A DNA stretch of 64,000 nt, from contig NC_092394.1 of NCBI RefSeq assembly GCF_030028105.1, positions 42,386,477 through 42,450,476 of the forward strand. The letters run 5' to 3'. Shown here one piece after another: positions 13,560-26,359 of the stretch. This DNA is from Mobula birostris (taxonomy: Eukaryota). The position numbers were made by a program, and so were the translations under genes. Under the pieces are notes generated by a model that was given only the letters and a program-made list of their open reading frames with translations, did no database searches and had not been told where the DNA came from. Every line of letters starts with the position of its first letter. Positions within the stretch are counted from its first letter, which is position 1.

Positions 13560-16500
13560 GTGTGTGTGCCGTGCGAGGTGGCAGCACGTTACAGTAGCAC
13601 CGTGTGTTTGTTTGTCTTAGCGTGTTTCTTTTGTTTGTTTTTTGTACTGGCTAGCAATACTGCGAAATAACAATGGACATTAATCTGTTAAAGAACATTT
13701 TTATCATCTTTCTGGCTCTTGGGATACTTCATTCCTTTGAGTGCTGAGACTACAGTAGCGGAAGCAATATTGTATATGCAAAGGAACAGCTCCTAGCAGC
13801 CAGGAAGCAGCCTTTATTTGCCCAGCAGAAGCTCAATTTTCCTGGCAAGCTGAGACGGAGATACCGAGGCTGCAGATCAGATGAAAAGCGGCGCAACAAG
13901 AGACGGAGATATAAACCATATCTCCCTCCTATCATTATGGAGGAACTAGCAATACTCACAAGGACACAGAACAAATTCTGGAATGCAGCGTTATGTGTTT
14001 CACTGAGACATAGCTACACAAACAAGTCATATTTCTGTGAAACAATGAGTCTGCAGACTGGACATTGAACAGCTTTCTGTGAGTTTCTATCCATATTATC
14101 TATCACATGAGTTCAGCCACGCCATATTGTTCGTTGTCTACATTCTGCCTTCCCAACACAATCCCGATGCTGTGTGTGACATCACACACACTACGATCAT
14201 GTCTCTCCAGACTCTACACCCCAATGAGTTCAGTGCAATATCAGGAGATTTCAACCATGTTTCTCTCCCAACAACTCTAACCATTTTCGATCAATTTGTC
14301 AAGTGTCATAAAAGAGAAATTAAAATACTGGACCTCTTGTATGCAAATGTTAAAGATGCATACAGCTCCACAGCTTTCCGCGCCCCCCCACTTGGAAGAT
14401 CAGGTCGCAGCCTGGTTCACCTCATGCCCTTGTATAAGCCCAAAGAACAACAACAGCTAGTTACCACCAAGACAGTAAAGAAATGGTCTCAGACAGTAAA
14501 GAAATGGTCTCCATAGACTATTGAGGCCTTGAAGGACTGCTTTGAGGTTACTGACTTGAATGTGCTTTGTGAACCATATGGGGAGGACATTAACGGACTT
14601 GCTGATTGCGTCACTGGCTCTTCAATGTCTTTGTGGACACTGTAATACCATCAAGGACTGTTTGCTGCTTCCCTAACAACAAACCATGGGTCACCATGAT
14701 CTGAAGGCTCGATTACAAAAGGAGAGCCTTTAGGTCAAGACACATCGAAGAATTGAAACATGTGCAGAGGGAGCTAAAGGACAAGATCTAGGTGGCTAAA
14801 GAGGAATACAGGAGAAAACTGGAGAACAAGCTTGGGCAGAGTGGCACATGGGAAGTGTGGAGAGGCAAGAAGAACTTCATTGGCTTCAGCCACCCTAGCT
14901 GTAGAGCATTGGAATACGGCTGTGAATGGGTTAATGAGTTGAACGAATTCTTCAATAGGTTTGACAATTGTCCTCCTGTTCACTCTTCCCTCAGCACACC
15001 AGCCCAGGTGCTCAGGCACCCAATGCTCCCTCAGCAACAACGCCTCCCCTCCTCCCTCCCTCCCCCTCCAGTTCAGCATATGGATAAGCAACACAGGCTA
15101 CCAGTGTCTATATCCCCTCCTTCCCCTGCACTACCATCCACACCTCCACATACCAGCTGCTATTGTCTCAATTTTCACCTCCCCAGCCCCCACCTTCCAC
15201 CTTCCACCTAATCCCCAGTCATTCTGGATTCACATTCACTACTAAGCTGGTGAAAAGGGTTCTGGGGAAACTCAGAAATGGCAAAACATCGGGACTGGTT
15301 GATGTGAACCTTAAGGTCCCAAAGAAGTGTGCTGAGTAGCTGTGTGGTGTCCAGCACATTTTCAATCTTGGTCTCTGCCTGGACTGTGTGAAAAACATCA
15401 TGTGTGATCCTAGTACCCAAAAGGGGCTGACCAAAAGTCATGAATGACTACTGTCCAGTAGCCTTGACCGTACAGATCATGAACACCTGAGAGAGGCTGG
15501 TCCTGGCTCACCTCCGATGCCTGGTCAGGTCAGCCCTCGATCCCCTGCAGTTTGCCCACCAGGAGCACATTGGAGTCGACGATGCTGTCATCATCTGCTG
15601 AACGAAGCCTACTCCCATTTGGATAAGCAGAGCAGCACTATGAGGATCATGTGCTTCCGTTGTATCCTGGAAAACAGACTAGCTGACAGGCAGATCACAG
15701 CTTGTGCGGCTTCAGAACTGTATGTCAGACATGGCTATAAGCAACACTGGGGCCCCAAAGGGCACTGTATTCGCTCCCTTCCTGTTTACCCTGTATACCT
15801 CGGACCTTAGATACAACACTGAGTATTGACATCTTCAGAAATTCTCTGATGACTCAGCAATAGTTGGGTGTATAAATGGAGGACAGGAGGATGAATACAG
15901 GGCTCTGGTGGAGGACTTTGTCGAATGGTGCAAGCTGAATCATCTGCAGCTCAACATCAGTGAGACAAAGGAGATGGTGATGGACTTTAGGAAGACTAAG
16001 CCTGCACTGCTCCCTGTTACTATTGATGATGAGGACGTGGATGTGGTGAGGACCTACAAGTACCTGGGGGTGCACTTAGATGACAGACTTGAGTGGGGCA
16101 CCAACACAGAGGCTATGTACAGAAAGGGCCAGAGTTGCTTCTACTCTCTAAGGAGACTGAGGCCCTATGGAGTACACAGGCCTCTCCTTCAACTGTTGTC
16201 ACCAGTACAGTCTTCTATGTGGTTGTGTGTTTAGGCAATGGCACCAACATGGGTGATGCCAGCAGGCTCAACAAACTGATTAGAAAGGCTGGCTCTGTCA
16301 TAAGAGTCAAACTGAACACACTGGAGGCTATAGTAAAACAAAGGACCCTTCGGAAATCCTGGTAATTCTGGACAATATTTCTCACCCTCTATATGCCACC
16401 TTGGCTCAACAGAGAAGCAATTTCAATAATAAATTACGACAACTGTGCTGCTCCAAAGAGCACTACATGAGGTCATTCTTATCCTCGGCCGTTAGGCTCT

Positions 16501-16900
16501 ATAATGAGTTAACCTATAGCCAGGGAAGTTATGAACCCCTCCTATTGGACTGTTTTTAACCTCTGTTTACCAGAGCTCTGTTTAAGTTCTGTTTAGCTCT
16601 GTTTACCACTCCCTGCTATCACAGACACCCTATGCAATACTAGCATCACTTCTTATCTGGGCGGTGTGAATGTGCACGCATTACTATATAATATTACAGT
16701 AATTTTTGCACTACCATCTTATCAGTGTGAACCTGTAAGTCTTGTAAATTTGACCTGTGAATCTTTTACACCTTATTTTTAAGGTAACATTTTTTATTCT
16801 TCTTACTTCTAGTATTTGTATATCTGTGCACTTGTAATGCAACTTTAATTTCCTGTAATTTCCTTTGGGATCAATAATGTATCTACCTTTCTATCTTTCT
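13560..16900 (+). mobile_element. Near full-length Rex1/Babar-type LINE (APE endonuclease + RT), multiply disrupted
   Basis: Endonuclease motifs PYYLSHEFS, ISGDFNH and LDLLYANVKDAY (ORF 14079). RT and C-terminal motifs FVEWCKLNHLQLNISETKEMVMDFRK and YKYLGVHLDD (ORF 15908). The 3' end is gggatcaataatgtatctacctttctatct. Confidence 0.88.
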
Positions 16901-17105
16901 TTTGTCCCTGTATTTTGAACTGCCTTTGACCATATTGCTTCTTCAAGCTATTTAATTTGTCCTACCTATCCCTCCCTGCAACTTAAAACTACTTTTCTTT
17001 CTGTCTTTCATTGTTCTGTTGGAGGGTTTTTAACCTGAAACATTATCTGTTTCTCTATCTGAAGATAGTGCCAGAATATCCCCAATGTTTTCTGTTTTTA
17101 TTTAG
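16900..17105 (+). mobile_element. Old Penelope-like terminal repeat
   Basis: gttctgttggagggtttttaacctgaaacattatctgtttctct...atccccaatgttttctgtttttattt follows the layout of the other terminal-repeat copies. Confidence 0.45.
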
Positions 17106-19117
17106 CCTATAAATAGTATATACCTAAGTAATTGTATTTTTAAATTATGTCTGTCATCATTTTGTTGTAAGTAATATTATTTCTGTTGAACACTGCAGAC
17201 TTATTTTCCATCTTCCCCTTTATGATTTTCAAATTAAAAATAATAGAACAAGCCATAAATCCTTCCATCCAGTATTTCACTTTGTAATCCTGTTCTTTTT
17301 CTCTCAGTAGGTATGTCAGCTGTTGGTGACTCTAGCCTTTGCAAATCAGTTTTCACTTCTGAAAATAAATCTGTGTTTCCCCCTACTTTGTGATTCCTGA
17401 AACTCTAATCTGTGCTTCTAGAGAAATAATTCTCACTGCTTTCTTACCATGTGTTCCATCTCATAGCAGCCTCCTAATTTAACATATTCAATTTAAACTG
17501 CTGAAAAATAACGTGATTTGCTGTTTAACCTAAAACATGAATTATTCTGATTCCTATATTGACAATAGTGAAAATATACTGAAAATACTTGTTAAGATGT
17601 TGAAATGTTATAATTTTGAATTACCTGGTAATCTTGCTCCTAATTACTATCTTAATCAATCCTGCTATGGAGGTCAGCCGAATACAAAACTAAAGGTGAT
17701 TATGAGATTCTTCAGTCTGCCTAGGTTCACTGTTACCATTAGTACCAAAGGCTGCAGATCTCAAGATTTATCAGTTAAAGGCCATTTCTCAAACTTAATG
17801 GACCTGTATGTTAGTTAAAATAATTGTATAACAAAATGTAAGCCATTCTATGCCAGCCTCAAAAATAATTTCATCGGAAATATACCATGCTATAAGCTCA
17901 TGCCAGTTTCATATTGGTCTGTGGAGGAGTAATTTATATGCATGCATAATGTGCAAGGCAGTGTACAGTATATACCAATGATATAATTGCTGTGTTGTAA
18001 GAACACGTCTGCAAGTAAATTTTGAGGATCCGCATAGGGCATTCTACCATGCTTGGAGTGCATTGGAGAAAAAACATAGTCTTTTTTGTGGTCTTCTCAA
18101 CTATGATTCAGGTAAAATCTGTCTAAATTGCTCTTTATTGGGTCTTATTCTTTCCTTCAAGATCTGCTGTTTTGGTTGAGCTTATGTTGCAGCAACAATA
18201 ATAGCCATCATGCATTCAGTGACATTTAACATGACTGTCCAGTTTCCCTGTGTAGATAGGTCACTTGCACAGTATTGCACATTTCAAAGTTACATCATGT
18301 CCTCTGAGCTTTCAGAAGAGATGGTCACATTTCTTGATCAATTTTACACTCTGGTTATGTAATGCTTATAAACCAAGTACTATCTGATTAAATTTCTGAA
18401 CTAGTCTCTCAGCTAAAATCTGCTCTCAAAACATAGGGAAACTTGTGTCAGTTGAAGTCTGTGCCCAGAACTCAAGCATCTATAGACCAATGAAATCTAT
18501 ACTCAGAGCTGAAAAAAAATTACACTGGTTAAAATCCATGTGTTCAAATCAGACATAAAACAAGTAGGCTACATATTTACAGAAGTAAATAAAATAAAAA
18601 ATAATTCCTCTAAATTTTGATGAGACTAGAATTTGTAATTTTTCCTATTTAAAGTGCCACTAATTACAGAAATTTTTATTATAAAGTGAATTAATCTTCT
18701 AGATTTTGAAGGAAAAAGAAAGTTAATTCATTGACAAAACTGTTGTATTATTCCTGTCAGAATACACCTAATTCCAAATCCTTTGGAGGAAGAACTCCAA
18801 GAGCATTCCTTCCAATTCCAAAAGCATTACAAACTCTGTTACTCCATAATTTAAATTTGATTTGAATTTCCCTGCAGGCCAATCAAATGTGTTAATTATC
18901 TTTAATTCATTTTGACTGTTATCACTGTGAAAATGATGAACTGGCCCCTTGATTCCATTTTGATTGACAAGTAAAGCATATTGAAGAATGTTAGAACAGA
19001 TATGGGTCTATCATTTAAAGCTAAAGAGGTAATCTTTTCATTAGCACAACAATGTGTGTTGAAACTTTTTTGTATTGAAGAGCTCAGAATACATTACACA
19101 ACAATCAGTCACTGATA

Positions 19118-19253
19118 CTGTCCCGATGAAGGGTCTTGGCCCGAAACATCAATTGTTTACTCTTTTCCATAGACGCTGCCTGGTCTGCTGAGTTCCTCCA
19201 GCACTTTGTGTGCTGCTTGGATTTCCAGCAACTGCAGGCTTTCCTGTGTTGAG
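19118..19253 (+). mobile_element. Solo Penelope-like terminal repeat (136 bp) with hammerhead motif and 15-bp TSD
   Basis: Flanked by the exact direct repeat AATCAGTCACTGATA (19103-19117 and 19254-19268). Homologous to 27214-27345 and 49985-50140. Confidence 0.8.
19119..19155 (+). ncRNA. Degenerate minimal type I hammerhead ribozyme motif
   Basis: tgtc-CcGATGA-aGGGtcttggCCC-GAAAC-aTC-aatt: core CUGAUGA/GAAA with one substitution, and a GGG/CCC stem II. This copy is probably inactive. Confidence 0.6.
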
Positions 19254-19666
19254 AATCAGTCACTGATAGTAAGATTGTTCCGCTAACACAATGTACCTCT
19301 TCAACACAGCAATTTCCCTTACTCCAAAAAAATAAACATGTGTAAGACATTTCTCAAAAGTCACAGACATAGGCCTAAAAATTGTAGTCATTAGTGCCTG
19401 TTTTACATGTATAAATTGCATATAAATTATATCATCTAGAATATATCATCCCAACATTACTTTCAGGTGAAGTTGCACCCATCTGGAAAATGACTGAATT
19501 CTTCTAATGCACAATTCGCCTTAGCACAGCAGATATCTTTTTTCTCCCGGCATCAATTATGCATCTAGAGCATTATATGCCATGCAATATGTTTTTTCCC
19601 TTCCTGCAAAAATTGAGTGCAACCCATGGCCTTAGTTAAATACACACTGTATAATTAGGAGCACAT

Positions 19667-20463
19667 ATCAGAATCAGAATCGGGTCTATTATCACCAGTA
19701 TGTTTTGTGAAAATTGTTAACTTAGTAGCAGCAGTAGAAGAAGAAGAAGAAAATAATAATAATAAATAAGTAAATCAATTACAGTATATGTATATTTAAT
19801 AGATTAAAAATCGAGCTGAAAAACAGAAATAATAAATATTTTAAAAGTGAGGTAGTGTTCATGGGTACAATGTCCATTTAGGAATTGGATGGCAAAGGGG
19901 AAGAAGCTGTTCCTGAAACGCTGAGTGTGTGCCTTCAGGCTTCTGTATCTCCACCTGATGGTAACAGTGAGAAATGGGCATGCCCTGGATGCTGGAGGTC
20001 TTTAATAATGGATGCTGCCTTTCTGAGATACAACTCCTTGAAGATGCCCTGGGTACTTTGTAGGCTGGTACCCAAAATGGAGCTGACTAAATTTACAACC
20101 CTCTGCAGCTTGTTTTGGTACTGTGCAGTAGCCCCCCCGCCCCCCGCCCCCATACCAGACAGTGATGCAGCCTGTCAGAACGCTCTTCATGGTACAACTA
20201 TAGAAGTTTTTGAGTGTATTTGTTGACATACCAAATCTCATCAAACTCCTGATGAAGTATAGTCGCTGTCTTGCCTTCTTTATAGTTGCATTGATATGTT
20301 GGGACAAGGTTAGGTCCTCGGAGATCTTGACACCCAGGAACTTGAAACTGCTCACTCTCTCCACTTCTGATCCCTCTATGAGGATTAGTATGTGTTCCTT
20401 CATCTTACCCTTCCTGAAGTCCAAATCAGCTCTTTTGTCTTATTGACGTTGAGCGCAAGGTTG
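19667..20463 (-). mobile_element. Rex1/Babar-type LINE 3' part with (TCTGAT)n tail, relatively young
   Basis: ORF 20002-20424 gives DFRKGK..EVERVSSFKFLGVKISEDLT.SQHI..IKKARQRLYFIRSL.RFGMS. It is highly similar to 62521-63568. Confidence 0.9.
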
Positions 20464-20692
20464 TCTGCCTTATAAAATTGGCCTGCCCCCATTTTGGAAG
20501 CTTGACTCCCCATTTATCTTTGGCCTTTATCATAACTCTCTTAAATCTAACTAAATTTTGATCACTCCAGCAAAAGTGCTCCTCTTCCAGATGCCTAGCT
20601 TAATTTTCTAAAAGTAATTCCAGCACTGTCCCTCCCATTCCCTCCCCCACCCAACGTGTTAGATTTGCAACATATTGAAAAACAAAAAAAAA

Positions 20693-20900
20693 CTTGCAGA
20701 TGTTGGAAATCTGAAATAAAAAGAAAATACTAGAGATATTCAGCATGTCATGTGGCATCTGGAAAGACAGAGAGGTTATACTTGAGGTTGATGAGATTTC
20801 TTTGGACTTGCATTCCCCATTCTTCAGAACTGGTACTCAAAGATCATTAACCTGAAAATGTAACTATTTCTCTCTTTACAGATGTAGTCTGTCATGTTTC
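20693..20900. mobile_element. Inverted pair of decayed Penelope-like terminal repeats
   Basis: tgcagatgttggaaatctgaaataaaaagaaaatac (reverse copy) followed by aacctgaaaatgtaactatttctctctttacagatg (forward copy). Confidence 0.5.
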
Positions 20901-21969
20901 TATCTACTAATTGACATTTAAGAATCTCTGCCTTCTAAACTATAACACAGATTGTTTACCTTTCAATATTAGGACAGTTAAAGCCCGTGTTATTACTGTT
21001 ACATTGTTTTTGCATATCAGACATTTGCTTGCAGATTTGTTTCTATTGCTGCCTTACATTATAATTACAACAAAAATGTGGCTTTAAAGACAGGATATCC
21101 ATTGTACAGATAGATGGTATGGACATGAGTCAGTGTTGTTCCATGAGCTCCTCTTTCGAAGCCTTGCCCAAGTATATGTTTTGACTTTTGATGGTTAGCT
21201 TTGAAATTGCGGAGGTGCTCAACAAAGTGGTCCCCCAATTTAAGTTGAATGAATCTTACCAATGTAGAGCAGGCAGCATCAGGAGCACTGATACAGTAGC
21301 AACCCCAGTCAAATTGCAGGTGGAGTTTTGCTTCACCTGGAAGGACTAATTGGGACCCTGAATGAAGCTGATGGTGGAGGTGAATGGGCAGGTATAGCAT
21401 TTCTCTCGCTTGCAGGGATATGGCCAGAAGGAGGAAAAGTGGAGAGGGACAAATGGTGAAAGGAATCAGAGGGAACAATTCCTGCAGAGAGCAGGGAGTG
21501 GGGGTGAAGTAAAGATGTGTTTGGTGGTAGTATCCCGTTGAAAATAGCAGAAGTTGTTGTGGAGATTGACGTGTTGGATGTGGAGTCTCATAGAGTGGAA
21601 GGTGAGTACAAGAGGAACTCTATCCCTATTCAGGCTGCAGGAAGATGGAATGAGTGCGTATGTTCAGGAAATGGAGGACGTGAGTTAGGGCAGCATCAAT
21701 GGTGGAGGAAGCAGAGCCCCAATCCTTTGAAGAAGGAGGACACCTCTGATGTCTTGGAAGGGAAAGTCTCATCTTGGGAACAGATACAGTGGAGACGAAG
21801 GAACTGAGGAAAGGGAACAGCATTTTTACAGAAATCAGGGTGGGATATAGTTGTGACAATCGGTAGGTTTATAAAAAATGATGGTAGACAGTTTGTCTCT
21901 GGAGGTGGAGAGAGATTGAGAGAAGTGAGAAAGGTGTCAGAAATAGATTAAGTGAATTTAAAGGCAGGG

Positions 21970-23147
21970 TGTCATGGTCCGGTCCGTGAAGTCCGTATTC
22001 TGGTTCATGGTCTGGTCCATCGACCCTTGTTCCAGGTTTTCCTGTCTACCCTGTTTCTGTTCTTGTTGAGCTCTAATTGAGGCAGCTGATGCTCGTTGGG
22101 GCTGGCTGCATAAATACCTTCAGAGACCAGGGTGTGGCTGCTGGATTGTTCTTGTCCTTACTCCTTGTATCCCTTCCTCTGCCTTCTGTTTCCTCGCCTG
22201 AAGCCTTGCCGGTAACTCTCGCCTTGCCTGAAGTTCTCATTTCGTCTTGCAATGCCTGAAACCCTGCCTTGTCTTGCCGGTAACTCTCGCCTCGCCTGAA
22301 GTTCTGTCTTGCCTTGCATTGCTTGAAGCCTTGCTTTGTCTTGCTGTCTTGTCCTGGAACCACCCCGTACCTAGCTCCCTTCCTGTACCTTGCCTACATC
22401 GGGTAAGCCAGGCCATCTTGCCGTTACCTGCGGTTGGTTCTGTCCCTTCCTGTCCCTTGCCTCCGTCGGGTAAGCCAGGCTGTCTTGCCGTTACCTACGG
22501 TTGGTTCTGTCCCTTCCTGTCCCTTGCCTCCGTCGGGTGGAGATCCGTGCCCTGCCCAGGAGGAGCTTCAAGTCTCCTGCCTCCAGCCTCGCCTCGCCTC
22601 AAGTCTCTAGCCTCTAGCCTGAAGACTCCAGCCTCCTGCCAAGCCTCAAGCCTGAAAACTCCATCTTCCTGCCTAGCCTCAAGCCTGAAGACTCCAGCCT
22701 CCTGCCTCCTGCCAAGCTTCACCTCAAGTCTCTAACCTCAAGCCTGAAGACTCCTGCCTCCTGCCAAGCCTCGCCTCGTCTCCTGCCTCCTGCCAAGCCT
22801 CACCTCAAGTCTCCTGCCTCCTGCCAAACATCGCCTCAAATCTCCAGCCTCCTGCCAAGCCTTGCCTCAAGTCTCTAAGACTCCAGCCTCGTCCTGCCTG
22901 CCAGCCAAGCCTCGTCCTTGCCTAGTTCTGGGGTCTGAGCCAGAGGCAAGACCCAGGTACTGGGTCCTTGTCCAGTCTCTGGCTTGGAGACCAAGCCCGA
23001 GCTCCTAGCTCTCTTGTCCAGTCCTGTTCCGGGTTCCCGGTTTTCGTGTCCATGTCCTTGCCCTCACCCTGTATCCTAGTCCTGTCCCTAGTACTTAAGT
23101 GTCTGTGTCTTGCACTTGGGTCCGTTCCCAGCCACTGCCTTATGACA
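21970..23147 (+). mobile_element. Solo LTR (1178 bp), probably Gypsy-type, with 5-bp TSD CAGGG
   Basis: CAGGG|TGTCAT...ATGACA|CAGGG. TATA-like cataaata at about 22109. GC-rich, CpG-retaining interior with tandem arrays. Confidence 0.85.
22190..22920 (+). repeat. Composite minisatellite inside the solo LTR
   Basis: Two copies of cttgccggtaactctcgcc..gcctgaagttct, two ~67-bp units (cgggtaagccagg...cttgcctccgt), and about ten 30-33-bp units of caagcctgaagactccagcctcctgc and variants. Confidence 0.85.
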
Positions 23148-24744
23148 CAGGGTGGAAGTAGGAGGCAAGGTTGCTGAAATTTACGAGCGCAGCATGGGTG
23201 CATGAAGCAGCACCAATGTAGTCGTCAGTGCTGGACAGAAAGAGTTGAGGAATATTACCAGTGCTTCCTTTAGAACTGTTGTGTCTCTCATTTCTAAATA
23301 CTTCAACTTCAGAATTCTTTTTCATTCTCAGAACTTTTCAGACTTCATTACTCTTCTTACCAACTCCCCATGTGTAAAGGCAAGATTGATTAAGTGGCAG
23401 AATAGATGATGGCGTTACATAAATCTATATGAGAAAGGGACAAATAAAAATAACAAGAGATGGATCTGAAGAACCTGCAAATTGCAACAGCAGAACTATT
23501 ACTTGCAGTTGCTGTGAAAAGGAAGTAATGATTTTGATGTGAAATTCTTGAATTTACTATATAAGGTGTGAAACTGAAAGATGTATTGCTGCTTCTTTAT
23601 TTTACTTTTGAGCTTCATGTGGAGATAGAGGATAAACTGTGAAGTGGAAATAGGATGCACTATAAAAGTGACAAGTGACCAGAAGCTCACTAAAATCTTC
23701 AAACTAACTGTAGGGGTTAAGCAAAGGCATTACATAATCTACATCTGATCTCTGCAATGAAGAGATTGCATTGTAAACAGCAAATATTATATGGTAAAAC
23801 CAAAGTAGTACAAGTTAACATTTTGAGAAGTTTGGTGACTGGATTGTGGCAAGAAAGAAGGTGCAAGGGTAGATGTCATGTCTCTTGTGTTTACATAGGA
23901 TGCTACCAAGTACAGCTGATAGATTTGCTTCAGAAGGAAATGTGACTTTAGAATATTAAAGAACAAGGCAAAGGGAGATATGTTTTGTGGTGGAATCATG
24001 ATGAAAGTAGTGGAAATACTTAGGAAGGAGGTAGGTATATCCCATGATAGCAAGAAAGAGAAAAAAATTGTAGAATAGTGAGAAATGGAACTGGCATTGA
24101 CCATGCAAAGGTCATGTCAATCAATTTCAGGAGATTCTTTGTTTAAAACTAAAATAATATTGTTGCTGTAGACTCAACATTCAACTAAGCTGGCTCAATA
24201 GAATGCTTGCAAGAAGAAGGGAAGCACTATCATGCTGTGGGAGCCATTTGCTTTATGATATTGACTGACTTTCATTACATTAGTGCTTGTCCATAGATAT
24301 TCTAAGCACTGGAATAGTAATTTGAAAGGCATTTCAGCTTAGTATAGTCTACAGGAGATCTAACAGTATAGTTGCAAGGCAAGCTGCTGAGTATCTCCTT
24401 TAATGATCGAATTGAAAACTTAATGATTTCTTCTGAATATGAGTAGGAAAATCCAATCAAATTAGTTAATATAATGCCATATGTGAAAAAGAAAGCATAG
24501 AAAGGATAATAAAGATGGGACTGAGAGAAGGATAGAAATATGAAGGAGAAATATAAAAGTAATTTATGTTTATATTTAAATATGTCCAACAATAAATAAG
24601 AAATAAAAGAAAATGATCTTCAGACTCAGAAAGGTGACTTGCTAGCAAATAATCATTTCCAATTACTTTAATAGATATTTAGCACAAAAGTACAGTAATC
24701 ACTAGATGTGGCTATTTGACCCTGCAAAAACCTATGACTCTGTT

Positions 24745-25010
24745 AACAATAGACAATAGGTGCAGGAGTAGGCCATTCAGCCCTTCGAGCCAGCACCACC
24801 ATTCACTGCGATCAAGGCTGATCATCCACAATCGGTACCCTTTTCCTGTCTTCTCCCCATATCCCTTCACTCCACTATCTTTAAGAGCTCTATCTAACTC
24901 TTTTTTGAAAGAATCCAGAGAATTGGTCTCCCCTGCCTTCTGAGGCAGAGCATTCCACAGAACCACAGCCCTCTGTGTGAAAAAGTTTTTCCTCAACTTC
25001 GTTCTAAATT
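24745..25010 (-). mobile_element. CR1 (HER1-like) LINE 3' end, young
   Basis: ORF 24712-24996 gives RKNFFTQRAVVLWNALPQKA.E..SLDSFKKELDRAL..GVKGYG, followed by the CR1 3' UTR and (CTATTGT) tail. Confidence 0.88.
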
Positions 25011-25199
25011 ATCCTAAATTTAACCTAAACTATGGAGTATCTTTTTCAGATTTGGCTGCCAGCAGAAATTCATCGCTGTCTTATTTTTGCCTCATGACGG
25101 CGTCCAATTCCAGAATTTAATCAGACCAAAGCAGGAATTCACCGCCATCTTACTGTTGCTTCATGAAGACCTGGAAGCCTAGAATTTAAATAAACCCAC

Positions 25200-25780
25200 T
25201 TGGTGCGCTCTGACAGCTCTGTACCATTCCCTCAACACTACTTCTCACTGTAATACTACACCTCACTTCCAATAAACTTCCCACTGGACTGGAGCTAATC
25301 TACAAGACAAGTGGGAAGTTGTTCAATCTGCATTGTTTCCACTGCAGAACAAAGGCAACCACAGCTTTAGTCATTGAGCCACACCACACAGGAAAATGTT
25401 GTATGTGTGCATCTTTGAAAGCCAAGTTCCAAGTCAACGGCCTTACAGTTATTTGTATACAGAAGTCCTCTACCAAACTTACCCCACAATACCATATCCA
25501 ACATCAAAGGTCCACAGGAAACCCTGGAAAATGTGGAGTACATCCCACATTTTGAGAGTCATCTCTCAACAAAGGCAACCTTCGTCAATGAAATTCAGTA
25601 TTACATTCAATGCACAAGAACTGTCTTTTTTCCCTCAAAGGCCTACTTCTCTGTATATATCTGACACATGAAGCACCTCAGCTAATACTTTAAACTGAGA
25701 CCACCATCACTGCCTCTAAAAATATATTTCAAGTAACTGGAAAGAGAAGCAACTCAATGTCAGTGTCCTCTGGTGAAACT
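25200..25780 (+). mobile_element. RTE-clade LINE RT fragment, decayed
   Basis: YKTSGKLFNL.C..CRTK (compare RTE YRTDGKLFNLRRL), TEVLYQ, and LENVEYIPHFESHLSTKA (compare LE.VD.FPYLGS.LS). Confidence 0.65.
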
Positions 25781-26359
25781 TTGGAGTTGGGGTGAGGATA
25801 GATCACATTCAGGGAAGGAAAGCAGTGTAGGCTACAAGACTAATCTTTTTAATATTTTTGACATATACCCTTCCTCACAGGTTACTGAGCTTAATAACCA
25901 TGTTGACCTTTGTTGGCTGTACCTTTAGTTGGAGCAGAGCTGGGAGTTAGTCAGTTCTTTCTCCAACAATGGATGCAGCCTAGAAATCTCACCAGGGCTT
26001 ACCTGTCAGTCACCTGAAAATATCAAGTATTATACTCAGCACACTGATGCATTTGTAGTTGGGTCTCAAAAGTTAAGTTGGTTACTCATGGGGTCAAATA
26101 ATCATTGAGATAGTTCAATTTTTTTAAAGACTATAGGTTAACCAGAGATCCAAAAAATAGAGTAGTTTTCTTGGTTCACAAAGAAATGTTAGTTACTGTA
26201 ATAATACCCATAGCATGTAACAATTCTTGAAATCGTTGTTCATACAGTAGCAGCAGAATAGTTCAGCATTCATCACACTTTTTTTTTGCTTTTGGTCATT
26301 CTGTATTCAAACAAATAAAAGTATTTAAAACAAAGGAAACAAAGTAAGCATAAATTGAT

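Larger units (their letters stand above)
21200..23260 (-). mobile_element. Penelope-like retroelement (RT thumb to GIY-YIG), interrupted by a solo LTR
   Basis: Minus strand has DDYIGAASCTHA.LVNF.N (RT, about 23160-23230), resumed after the LTR. A frameshifted GIY-YIG region CYCI.....LGDHFVEHLR lies at about 21200-21300. Confidence 0.75.

Noticed and set aside
22247-22735. 162-aa ORF with SSLKTPASC repeats; the array superficially resembles CRISPR
   Set aside because: It is a translation of an LTR minisatellite. The units are tandem without unique spacers, there are no cas genes, and the DNA is eukaryotic.
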